Positions 9,916-21,043 of a stretch of DNA of 34,237 nt are shown here, piece by piece. Source of the DNA: Octopus bimaculoides (taxonomy: Eukaryota). The position numbers and the translations under genes were made by a program. The notes beneath the pieces are model-generated. The model was not told where the DNA came from. It made no database searches and saw nothing but the letters and a program-made list of their open reading frames with translations. The stretch's first letter is position 1, and each line of letters opens with the position of its first letter. The stretch lies in assembly GCF_001194135.2 (NCBI RefSeq), contig NC_068994.1, positions 57,687,538-57,721,774 on the forward strand, given 5' to 3'.

Positions 9916-10070
9916 TAGTTGAAATTTACAAGAAAAAAAAACAGGTGTATAAACAACAAGCAGGTGGACCAGTTTGATGCTCAGGAAAGTGAGTAAGTCC
10001 TTTACGTTTCGAGCCTAGGCTCTTCAGCAGAAAGGAACATGAAGAAATAAACGCAGAGAGAATAAAAAAC
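9916..10070 (-). mobile_element. Penelope-like terminal-repeat remnant with a minimal hammerhead-like motif (9998-10036)
   Basis: Minus strand tccttt-CTGCTGA-a-gagcc-ta-ggctc-GAAACGT-aaagga. Confidence 0.55.
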
Positions 10071-10094
10071 TTCTGGATTTAATGATCAATGATA

Positions 10095-10129
<35 letters not shown>

Positions 10130-10135
<6 letters not shown>

Positions 10136-10346
10136 GTACTGAAAAGTTCTTGGTTTTAAAGGTACCACAAAATGCCTGGTCGGAGGCCCTACCATCTGGG
10201 TTCTTTTACAGGGCTTAGGAAAACTGAAGGACTGTTGCAATAAGTGTGTGAATTTGAGAGGGGGATTATGTTGAATAAAATCATAATTAATTGACCCTCC
10301 AGTATTTTCTTTTACCCAAAGCCAAGAACTTTTCATCGCCTCCTCA
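10130..10346 (+). mobile_element. mariner-derived MITE, 217 bp, TA-flanked
   Basis: TIRs share tgaaaagttcttgg/ccaagaacttttca, TA on both sides, internal remnant LQGLGKLKDCCNKCVNLRG/DYVE* like a mariner transposase C-terminus. Confidence 0.85.
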
Positions 10347-10389
10347 TATGTATATATATGTAGATATATATGCAAGTGTGTGTATATGA

Positions 10390-10421
<32 letters not shown>

Positions 10422-11065
10422 TTGTGTGTGCAAGTGTGTGTGTCTGCGTGTCTGTGTGTGTGTGCATATACATATGTATACATATTGATTAATTATAGGA
10501 CTCATTAGAATTTAGGCACATGAACACATAGAATGCCAGAAATGGCTAGGTACAATAATTGATTATAACAGAAATACAAGAGGACTCTCTTTCTATCCTA
10601 TTGCATATAATTATTACAAAACCGTTAAGATATTTTATGGGATACATGGAGCACAGAACATATGTTTTAAATTATAAAGATTCTAATTATAAAGATTAGA
10701 AAATGACCTTGGTATTTATTACTAATTAATATGGAAGTTCGTTCTACTGAGTGTCATCTTTCACATTAGTAAGATTAGTTACCCAAACGCACTCACACAC
10801 ACACACACAACCACACGCACACACTTACACACATATTTATACATCCATACATTTATACATATATATACATATATATACATACATATATATATGTATATAT
10901 ATACATACATATATTAGTGTGTATATATATATATATATATATATACATCAAAAAGATGTGTTATAATACTATGCCACAATCATACCAACAATTCAACATA
11001 CCTCCATTATCAGCTGCCCCACGGGTATCATTATATATATGTTTTGCAAACAAACAAAGAATAAC

Positions 11066-11098
<33 letters not shown>

Positions 11099-11385
11099 GA
11101 GAGTATTGTAGTTCGCTTGAAGCATTGTGTATTGTTTGTGAAATATAACTGATTATAGCAGTGACTCAAATCAATTCTTAGCGATATCTGAACAACAAAT
11201 CTTTATGCTCCGAAATATTATATCATATCAGACTATGAAGAATTAAATTATAGTCCAATCTGCTTTATTGTGCCATTGAAGACACGTAATATTTTATATG
11301 TATGCCTGTATGTATGTATTTGAAGTGAATGCCATATAGTAATTTGAAATGAGATGAAATCTGATATTTATTCCCTTTCTAAATT

Positions 11386-11736
11386 CATGGCCGCTGCCAG
11401 CTCTGACCATCCGAACATGGCTGACGCCAGCACCTACCATCCAAGTGTGGCCGATGCCAGTTCTGCCAAGACTGGCTTCTATGCCAGCACCACATAAAAA
11501 CACCAATCAATCATGGTCATTGCCAGCCCCCACTCTGGCACCTGTGCTGGTGGCACGTAAAAAAAGCACCCACTACACTCTCAGTGTGGTTGGCGTTAGG
11601 AAGGGCAGCCAGCTGTAGAAACACTGCCAGATCAAACTAGAGCCAGGTACAGCCTCCTGGCTTCCCAGACCCCACTCAAACCATCCAACCCATGCCAGCA
11701 TGGAAAACAGATGTTAGACAATGATGATGATGATGA
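11386..11736 (+). mobile_element. Retroposon family D with 30-bp internal subrepeats
   Basis: Same core and (GAT)n tail; tggccgatgccag-like units at 11388, 11418 and 11448. Confidence 0.85.
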
Positions 11737-11943
11737 ACTGTTGACATGCAGATATTTGCATATAGAATATGCAAAAATTTAAGTAACCAAAATTTACTGC
11801 TCTAAAGATTATGGAGAATGTGTAAAGGATTCTTCTTTTAATGGTAAAGATGATTCTTGGAACTTTAAGAAAACTTCCCAAAGAAAATTGAGGAAATTTT
11901 AAATAAAAGAATATAAATCTGTGAGAAAAATATAAAGTGTGTA

Positions 11944-12128
11944 AGTGCAGGTGTGGGCGTGTGGTAAGAAGTTGGCTTCCCGACCTCATGATTCTAGGTT
12001 CAGTCCCACTGCATGGCACCTTGGACAAGTGTCTTCTGCTATAGCCTCAGATCAACCAAAGCCTTGTGAGTAGATTTGATAGATGGAAACTGAAAGAAGC
12101 CCATCATATGTGTGTGTGTGTGTGTGTT

Positions 12129-12161
<33 letters not shown>

Positions 12162-12418
12162 CTGTGTCTTTGTGTCTGTAGTTTGTACCCCCACCACTGC
12201 TTGACAACCAGTGTTGGTCATTGCCAACCAGTGATTCTCTAACTTAGCGGTTCAGCAAAAGAGACCAATAGAATTAGTACCAGACTTTAAAAAAATAAAA
12301 CAAAAAAAATAAAACAAAAAAAACATAAGTTCTGGGGTTGATTCATTCGACTAAAAATTCTTCAAGGTGGTGCCCCAGCATGGCCACAGTCTAAGGAGTG
12401 AAACAAGCAAAGGATAAA
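11944..12418 (+). mobile_element. SINE family B, full length
   Basis: Head, CORE-like block, internal (TG)n, and the complete tail ggtggtgccccagcatggccacagtc...gaaacaagcaaaggataa. Confidence 0.9.
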
Positions 12419-12687
12419 CAATAAAACTACAATCAGAAACAGATGTTCTGATTCCTATCAATTCCCAAGATATGGTAATGATGTAAAGAGCCAATCTGTA
12501 AGAGAGAGAGAGAGAGAGAGAGTATGTGTGTCTGGGATGGGGTGGGGTGCATGCATGTGTGTAGATTAAGTGTCTGGGTTAGAGAGTTTCTGCTCGTATC
12601 AAAACTCTATCTGATTCTTTTTATCTCCCCAGATGTACAGAAGCAAAACAGTTTATTCCATGTTTGTGTGAAAACATGAAGTTACAT

Positions 12688-12798
12688 TGCACCTTGGGTA
12701 ATTGGCTTCTGTTATAGCCCCAGGCCATCCGAAGCCTTTTGACAGGATTTGGTAGACAGAAACTGAAAGAAGATCATCGTGTGTGTGTGTGTGTGTGC
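12688..12798 (+). mobile_element. SINE family B middle fragment
   Basis: gcaccttgggtaattggcttctgttatagccc...ggatttggtagacagaaactgaaagaag. Confidence 0.8.
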
Positions 12799-13586
12799 GT
12801 TTTTATTCAGTTATTACGAAAACAACTTTACATTAATCTGATGGGTTTCTCTAAACTTTTATTATTCCTAAATGAATATTATTATTCCAACTGTTGTTGA
12901 GAGTGACTTCCTAGCAGATGACATCTTTGGACTACTCAGACAAGTCCCTCCCGCCCCTCCGCAAACCCATGGGTCTGTTCTGAGTATTTGTTGTATGTGA
13001 GGGTTTTACAAGGCTGGGGTGCAAATCTTACCCTCAGCCCTTTTTTTTTTGGCAGTTGCCATTTATGACGTGCAGAGGAAGTGTCGAGTCTGGTTCTTTG
13101 ACATGCTAGTTCGCCCCCCCCCCCCNNNNNNNNNNNNNNNNNNNNNNNNNNNNNNNNNNNNNNNNNNNNNNNNNNNNNNNNNNNNNNNNNNNNNNNNNNN
13201 NNNNNNNNNNNNNNNNNNNNNNNNNNNNNNNNNNNNNNNNNNNNNNNNNNNNNNNNNNNNNNNNNNNNNNNNNNNNNNNNNNNNNNNNNNNNNNNNNNNN
13301 NNNNNNNNNNNNNNNNNNNNNNNNNNNNNNNNNNNNNNNNNNNNNNNNNNNNNNNNNNNNNNNNNNNNNNNNNNNNNNNNNNNNNNNNNNNNNNNNNNNN
13401 NNNNNNNNNNNNNNNNNNNNNNNNNNNNNNNNNNNNNNNNNNNNNNNNNNNNNNNNNNNNNNNNNNNNNNNNNNNNNNNNNNNNNNNNNNNNNNNNNNNN
13501 NNNNNNNNNNNNNNNNNNNNNNNNNNNNNNNNGGGGGGGGGGGCATATATGCTTGCATGTATGTCTGTGTGTGAGTCTGTGACTAT

Positions 13587-13625
<39 letters not shown>

Positions 13626-13847
13626 GTTGTGCATGTATGTTTGTGTGAGCCTGTGTTTGCGTGTGTGACAATGAGTGTGTGTATGTGTGTGTGTGTGCAT
13701 GCACGCGTGTGGGTGTGCATGTACGTCTGGGCATGTCACTGTATGTGTCTGAGTGTATCTATGTGTATGTGTATGTCTGTGTGTATGACTCTGTGTGTGT
13801 GTGTGTGTGTGCATGTGTGTTTGTGTGACTATGTATGTGTGTGCACA

Positions 13848-13895
<48 letters not shown>

Positions 13896-13959
13896 TTGAG
13901 ATGCTGATACTGGAAGTTATGTTTCTGGTTGACTATACGAAAAATGATTTTGCTTTTCT

Positions 13960-14330
13960 GGTCAAAAATACTGTTTCCCCCACCAATTGACCCTCAAGAT
14001 CTTTCTGAAGCACCTTTGAAGGAACACATTCAGTTTTCTATCCACCCTTACCATACTCTTCCAAGTCTCTCTAACACAGATCGCTAGAGCAAATGGCACA
14101 CTCCTTGTTCTAACCAGGGGAGTGCCAATTTTTTTTCCTTATTTTCTGCTGGTTGAACCCGATAGCTGCTTCCTGGTCCGTGATATTGTCCATCTTCATC
14201 ACTTTTGTCTGGTGGTGGGGCAAAATTAGAATGCGGCCAGTAAAGTGGGAATGGCTGGTGTCAGGAAGGACATCATAGCAAAATAAATTGTCTGGGAGGA
14301 CAGTGATGCCATATAAGAACTGACTTGGAT
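13960..14330 (-). mobile_element. Highly degenerate RTE-clade LINE fragment, post-RT C-terminal region
   Basis: Minus translation includes CVRETWKSMVRVDRKLNVFLQRCFRKILRVNW, resembling the LYGxETW...KLxVFxxRCLRKILRIxW motif; upstream AAIGFNQQKIRK resembles AFNQLKKIWK. Confidence 0.65.
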
Positions 14331-14439
14331 CATGACGACCCATCTGTGTGTGTGTGGGTGGGTGTATACCAAAAAGCCTTTTCCATAGTGAACTCATAAT
14401 GGCTAGCCATTTTCTACCAGGTGAATCACCTTTGTATTA

Positions 14440-14475
14440 GCAGCAACAGCAGCAGTTGTAGTGGCAGTAGAAGTA

Positions 14476-14515
<40 letters not shown>

Positions 14516-14871
14516 CAGCAGCAAGAGCAGCTGCAGTAGTAATAGTAATTGTTGTTGTTGTTATTGGTGTTGTGATGACAATGATGAGAGAAAAAGAGGA
14601 AAAGGATGAGTGGAGAAGAATGAGGAAACTGTGATGGTGGTGGTGGTGATGATGACGATGACGACGACGATGATGATGATGATGATGAGAATTTGTTATG
14701 AATAGTGTTTTTCCTCTTCCTTTTTTACTCTTTCTGTCCCTCTTCTTTCCCTCCCACTTTCTCTCACCTATCCTGCCCCTAGGCAGGTATGATACAATAC
14801 ACCACGCCACTCGCCGTAGTGTGTGTGCGCCATTGATAAGCAGAACTATCCGAAACGAAAATCATAATAAC

Positions 14872-14903
<32 letters not shown>

Positions 14904-14928
14904 TAATAATAATGATGATGACGATGAC

Positions 14929-14972
<44 letters not shown>

Positions 14973-14990
14973 CAATAAGGAAGAAAATAA
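14440..14990. repeat. Compound trinucleotide microsatellites (GCA/GTA/GTT/GAT/AAT) with a CT-rich tract
   Basis: Read directly. Confidence 0.95.
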
Positions 14991-15756
14991 AAATATGAAA
15001 ACATAAAAGGAACCCAGCCAACCAACCAAAACCCTCCCCCCAGAAACTTTCAGAAAACGCACCTCCTGTGCACCCCACCCCAATCACAATACACCCACCC
15101 ACCTCACTGACCAGTTAGAAACCTTTCCTAAGCATCCAGGCCAATATGATGGCGATTAATAGAAGTATAGGAGTCTATGTTTTGATGGTCAGTGGCTGAT
15201 GGCTGAATGGTATAACAGGCCGTCGGTAGGGGTGAGGGCGGTGGGACGGCAATGGTGGTGGTAGTGGTGGTGGTGGTGGCGGTCAGCAGTCAGTCTTGAG
15301 AACGTTTTTCCCTTTGATCTAATATTTTCCAAAATATTCTCGTCTTTCCTCATCGAAAACTCTTCCATTCAATATTTCCTTATTCCATACAACAATGTTC
15401 GGGTTAGTTTCATAATAAAATTCACCCAGGAATTTAGCTCCAACTTTTCGCTTATATCTATTTCCGATATTAATATTTGATCCTTACCTCACTGGACCCA
15501 TATTTGCTGCGAAGGTCACATGACCTAGTTTTCCTATCATTATTGTTGTTGTTGCGTTTGTTTTTCTTTCCAGTTTTTTTTTCTCCCTTTTTGTTTCCAA
15601 TTCTTTCTTCGACCTCTTCCTTCTCTCTTCCTCTCTCTCATTCTCTCTCCCTCCTCCCAATTCTTTCCATCATGCTCCCATGCAAACCATTTTCCATCAT
15701 TTTTACATTCTCCTCTCATTTTTAGCACTTATTACCAGTTCTCTTCATACATGTAT

Positions 15757-15797
<41 letters not shown>

Positions 15798-16171
15798 NNN
15801 NNNNNNNNNNNNNNNNNNNNNNNNNNNNNNNNNNNNNNNNNNNNNNNNNNNNNNNNNNNNNNNNNNNNNNNNNNNNNNNNNNNNNNNNNNNNNNNNNNNN
15901 NNNNNNNNNNNNNNNNNNNNNNNNNNNNNNNNNNNNNNNNNNNNNNNNNNNNNNNNNNNNNNNNNNNNNNNNNNNNNNNNNNNNNNNNNNNNNNNNNNNN
16001 NNNNNNNNNNNNNNNNNNNNNNNNNNNNNNNNNNNNNNNNNNNNNNNNNNNNNNNNNNNNNNNNNNNNNNNNNNNNNNNNNNNNNNNNNNNNNNNNNNNN
16101 NNNNNNNNNNNNNNNNNNNNNNNNNNNNNNNNNNNNNNNNNNNNNNNNNNNNNNNNNNNNNNNNNNNNNNN

Positions 16172-16223
<52 letters not shown>

Positions 16224-16689
16224 ATACATACATACATATGTATATATATATAAATATATGTGTGTGTGTGTGTGCATGCAAGTATATACTATATATGTGT
16301 ATATATATGTGTGTGCTTATATATATATAACCATATATACACACACATGTATACTAATATGAGTATATATATACATATATATATTTTTGATTTATATACA
16401 TGTATGCATATGTGTATGTGAGTAAATGTATAGGTGTGTGTAAGAATGCTTACATGTATGTTTGTTCAGTGTAGCATAAAATCCTTATAAGACAGCTATA
16501 GTAGGGAGTTTATACATAAATGGCGCTGATATTGGTAATCAATGTCTTTGTTTAATATAGTGTTAACTAAGTCCAGCTAACAGTGGCTGTTCTGCAACAG
16601 TTTGTCTGTTTGTATCAGTGGAAATGGCTGATATATTTATCGACAACTCAAGCCAAAACGAGCCGACAGAGGAGGGAGAGAGAAAGTGT

Positions 16690-16815
16690 GTGGTTAATAG
16701 ACTTGCTAGAATAAGCAACCAATTGCCCCTGAAATCATACCCTTACTTCCTTGAAAAGCAGGAAAACTTCGGATGATGGAGTCGTCTTGGATCCATTATG
16801 TCTGTCCGAATGAAA
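16690..16815 (+). mobile_element. Fragment of repeat family E
   Basis: gacttgctagaataagcaaccaattgcccctgaaatcatacccttac resembles 2515-2560. Confidence 0.45.
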
Positions 16816-16898
16816 GATGAGATAGGTTGAGGTTTCCTTTTATCTTTCCAGCTTTAAAATTGGTTTATTAGAAATATGGTGTGAGCGTGTGCGTATTT

Positions 16899-17032
<134 letters not shown>

Positions 17033-17169
17033 ACGTGCACATATGTTTTTGTGTGTGTCTGCATTTGTGTGTGTGTATGAGATGACAACGCAAACACATG
17101 CATAGTACGTATATATATATATATATACACATGTATATATATATATACACATATATATATATATATGTA

Positions 17170-17278
17170 TTTGTGTGTCTGTGTTTGTCCCTCCACCACA
17201 TCACTTGTCAGGGTGTTTACGTCCCCGTCCTCTTTGTAAGCCTAGTGGCTTACAAAGAATAAGTCCTGGGGTTTATCC
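17170..17278 (+). mobile_element. SINE family B 3' half with an internal inversion
   Basis: gtgtctgtgtttgtccctccaccacatcacttg...ggcttacaaagaataagtcctgggg. Confidence 0.8.
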
Positions 17279-17295
17279 CAATAAATCAAAGACAA

Positions 17296-18026
17296 AACAA
17301 AAGACCACTCTACTAAACTTTTGATCAAACTCGAGCATCCCCTCCAACCGAACATGCTTTGATTTTTTTTAGATGTAAAATATTTCTGCCAGGATCAGAT
17401 GGTGAACACACAGGACAACCGCTGGCTTGCCATATCCCCAAAACATGTACCAAGAGTGATACAAATCAAACATCCAGTCAACATCATGGTGTTTGGAACG
17501 ATCCCTAGTGATGGCCATGATATACCTCCATTCATGTTCCTACACGGCGCACAAAGGCCTACATCAAGTACCTGGAGGTCAAGAGGGTGGCTGCTGGAAG
17601 ACCCTGTGTCTAGCAACAGGACTCTGCACCCTGCCACACAAGCAGGAGAACCCAGCCATGGCTGTCAGACAATTTCTGCAACCACATCATCCCTAACATC
17701 TGAACCACCTAACTCCCCAGACCGCAACCCCCTTGATTATTATGTGTGGGGTGCAGTTGAGCAAGAGACCAACGAAACTCCTTGTAACACCAAAGGTGAA
17801 TTGAAAGCAAGGATTATGGCAGCATTCACCAACTTAAACAAGGAGACTATCCAGAAGAGTTGCAGGAGATTCCAAAGTTGTCTGGAGGCTGTGGTTGAAG
17901 CCAATGGCGATTTTATTGAATAAATTTACTCTTCAGTATTTCAAAATATTTTTATGTAATTTTGGTAAATATATCTGTTAAAATGAGATGTCAGTGTTAT
18001 TTTCATTTTTATGTAATTTAGACGAC

Positions 18027-18027
<1 letters not shown>
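17296..18027 (+). mobile_element. DD37D (maT) transposase pseudogene, catalytic half and subterminal region
   Basis: Catalytic Asp codons at 17372 (FFLDVK), 17620 (QQDSAPCH) and 17735 (PPNSPDRNPLDYY), with 37 residues between the last two after correcting one frameshift. Ends EANGDFIE*; the right TIR is almost entirely lost. Confidence 0.9.
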
Positions 18028-18061
<34 letters not shown>

Positions 18062-18548
18062 TGTATGTATGTATGTATGTATGTATGTACGTATAGGTAT
18101 ATGTGTATAGGCATATGTGTATACATGTAATTCAATGTGTAAGTGTGTAGGTAGTGAGATGTGTGTAAAGAGATATGTATAAATTAAAAATGGTTGCTCC
18201 GATGTGATCTACTTGAAAATTACCTGATAAACAGTTAAGTGGTAATGAACACATTTAGAGCTGAGCATCAAATATCTAATTAAAAACACTTATGCGCCAA
18301 GGAGAGGAAATATACTAAACTGAATGACTAATAATGTCTTTCTATAATTTGTCAAGTATGGAAAGACAACCCTAAGCATGTTTGTCTCTTGTTAAACCTC
18401 ATCAGCAAAGTATAGACTTCACTGTAATTGGCAAAGTAGTGATAAGGATCTCACTAAATAGGATCAGCCGTTTGTAATCTGAGCACATGGGGGGTCTTAG
18501 TATATTTATTGAAGCTTTGCATTATGTCTGTTCGCTCTTACCTAATAA

Positions 18549-18587
<39 letters not shown>

Positions 18588-18589
<2 letters not shown>

Positions 18590-18790
18590 TTTTATCGTTT
18601 GCATGTTTCAATTATTGGACTGCAGCCATGCTGGAGCACTGCTTTGAAAGTTTGACCCTTATTCCATTGGTCGCTTTTAACTGAACTGCTAAGTCACAAG
18701 GACATGAACAAAGCAACAATAGTTGTCAAACAGTATGTGACAGTGTGTGGGGGACAAACACACACACACACATATAAATTTGTGTGTGTG
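18588..18790 (-). mobile_element. SINE family B 3' half
   Basis: ggactgcagccatgctggagcactgc...gttgtcaaacag...gggacaaacacac is the reverse complement of the family B body and tail. Confidence 0.75.
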
Positions 18791-18812
18791 TATAGATATA
18801 AATATATATGTA

Positions 18813-19036
18813 CGATGAGATGCTGAAAAAGTTCCTGGCTTTGGGTAAAAGAAGATACAGAAGGATCAGTTAATTATGATGTTATGCAACATATTCCCCT
18901 CTCAGACATTCATATAATTAATGCAGCGGTCCTTCAGTTTTTCTAAGCCCTGTAAGAGACCTTGGAAGGTTGGGTCTCCAGCCAGGCCTTTCGCAATACC
19001 CTTTAGAAAGGGAAATTTCGAAAGCTCCTTCCACTC

Positions 19037-19038
<2 letters not shown>
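18813..19038 (-). mobile_element. Second copy of the mariner-derived MITE
   Basis: TA|cgatgagatgctgaaaaagttcctggctttgggtaaaag; the interior is the reverse complement of 10130-10346 (LQGLEKLKDRC). Confidence 0.8.
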
Positions 19039-19081
<43 letters not shown>

Positions 19082-19445
19082 TATACAAACATACATGTAT
19101 ACATGCATGTATACATATATGTATACATACATGCACGCACATATAAATATAGGGAGAGAAACCAAAAGAGAAAGGGAGAGAAGGAGGTAGAAAAAAGTAA
19201 TAAGAAAGAAAGCAAGCTTGTTTGATAGAAAGATAGGCAGATGGATAGATAGATAGACAGACAGATACATAGATACAATTGTAACCAGCTGGATAGTTAG
19301 AGATAGAGAGAGATGGTAAATAGATAAATAGACAGACAGGTAGACAGGATGACTGATAGGTATGTATGTAGGTGGGTAGGTAGGTAAGTAGGTGGGTAGG
19401 TAGGTGTGTAGGCGGATGGATGTTTAAGAGGCATGTTTACATCTA

Positions 19446-19492
<47 letters not shown>

Positions 19493-19520
19493 TAATATCT
19501 ATGCTTGTTTTTAATTACAG

Positions 19521-19648
19521 GTTTTTACCAACCATTTCATGGAATATTAGATCATCGAAATTCTCACCAAGTGAGGAATCACGGACGGTACTCTTGTGGA
19601 CATTAATGTTTACCTCTGGAGAATATTACTTCTCAACATCTCTATAGG
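19521..19648 (+). other. Probable spliced exon (non-coding or terminal coding) followed by a 90-bp intron, 19649-19738
   Basis: Acceptor tgtttttaattacag, donor AGG|GTGAGT, next acceptor a long poly-T tract ending ttttgcag at 19738. No frame is fully open. Confidence 0.45.
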
Positions 19649-19914
19649 GTGAGTTCTGACAAAATTCTTTATTATTTTTTTTTTGTTGTTATTTGTTTTG
19701 CATGTTTTTTTTTTCTTGTTCTTTTTTATTTTTTGCAGTTCTTCAGTTAATGGATATTTCTCTGTGGCTAATTCTTCACAGAATGGCAAAATGTGCGCCA
19801 AAACATGCACATAATATTGTCTGACAAGGAGTCTTTGCAGTTTTCTTGTAGAATCTTGGTTCAAATTTCACCAAAGCATCAGTGCTAGAGATTTATCTTT
19901 ACTGGGGTCTATAT

Positions 19915-19951
<37 letters not shown>

Positions 19952-20198
19952 CTGATGTATTTTTTCTCCTTGCTTTTTTTTTATCATGTTTTCTCATAAA
20001 CTTGCTCCTTGATTTTTTAAATACATCAAACATTATGAACAGAGCCTCAAAAATTGATTGAAGGTACATTGCATGTCATATATAAATATATCTGCCAATT
20101 TAATGTATCTTAAAGCATGAAACTATTTGTAGCTCTTTTGTAATTGTGTATATTTGTGTGTGTGTGTGTGGTGTATATATTGTATATATATATATATA

Positions 20199-20392
20199 TG
20201 TCTGTGCAATGTATGCCAGAAGGTTTGCAAATCTAACAGAGGCCTCAAAAGACATTTTAAGATCCACAAAGACCAAAACTAAACTTATTTGCAGCTCTTG
20301 GTGGTCCAAATCTGAGGTGCAATCTATGTGGGTGTCTTTTCAAAACATTGTCTGGTTTAAAAAGCCACATCCGATGCCATGATGTGCTAAGG
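20199..20392 (+). pseudogene. Degenerate tandem C2H2 zinc-finger pair, probably a retroelement C-terminus
   Basis: CNVC-QKVCKSNRGLKR-HFKIH (20205-20267) and CNLC-GCLFKTLSGLKS-HIRCH (20318-20380), in different frames, with no TGEKP linker. Confidence 0.7.
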
Positions 20393-20558
20393 TGCCAGTC
20401 ATCGAATTTGGTTCAATTACGATTTCGATTTCACTAGCCCCAACAGGTCTTCACAAGCAGAGTTTAGGTTCCAATGAAGGAAAGGTTGGCATGGGTGCCA
20501 GTCGTTGAATTTGGTTGAATATTATATATTTGAATATTATATATTTGAATATTATATA

Positions 20559-21043
20559 TTTAAGTTGCTGACTTCACTTTTGATGTATATTACAATATTA
20601 CATTAAATACTATGAATATAATATATAATGTAACATAATACTATATAAATAATTATAAAAACCATAAAAGGCCAACAAATTGTTTTGACTTATATTCTTT
20701 TTTGATAGACATAAATCACAGTTCAATTATATACAAGTCACTTCAGGGTGAATGAGTTCAGAAAGACAAAATCCTGACGTATCAGTGAATTGGATGTTTA
20801 ACACACCCCTTTGAAGGAGTTCTTTTCCTCAGTCTGTTACTTCATTAAATATAAATATTCTTTAGAATAAATTATGTGAATAAATATTATTCAGCTGTGT
20901 GTTGTTTGTGATCAAGCACTTGATCGCATTCCACCTGGGATAACACCAACACAGCAGCTGTTACTGAATCATATTTATTCACATCGTTATTCTAAAGTAT
21001 AATTATAATTAATGATATTTAAAAGTGAAGTCAGCAACTTAAA
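20559..21043. mobile_element. Non-autonomous TIR element (MITE-like), unclassified
   Basis: Perfect 23-bp inverted repeats tttaagttgctgacttcactttt (20559-20581) and aaaagtgaagtcagcaacttaaa (21021-21043); nested fold-back at 20842-21015. Confidence 0.7.

Noticed and set aside
1504-12697. Several candidate exon lengths are multiples of 5
   Set aside because: No biological mechanism, the candidates were hand-picked, and others (128 and 76 bp) break the pattern.
13114-13543. Poly-C and poly-G on either side of a gap
   Set aside because: Homopolymer contig ends are a common assembly break; the arrangement cannot be assessed across Ns.
15483-15530. Strong minus-strand donor GAG|GTAAGG (a similar GAG|GTATGT occurs near 11000)
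   Set aside because: No matching acceptor or coherent minus-strand exon chain was found.
18376-18410. Minus-strand CTGATGA-ggttt...agac-AAAC-atgc hammerhead-like motif
   Set aside because: The G of GAAA is missing and no helix I can be formed; too degenerate to call.
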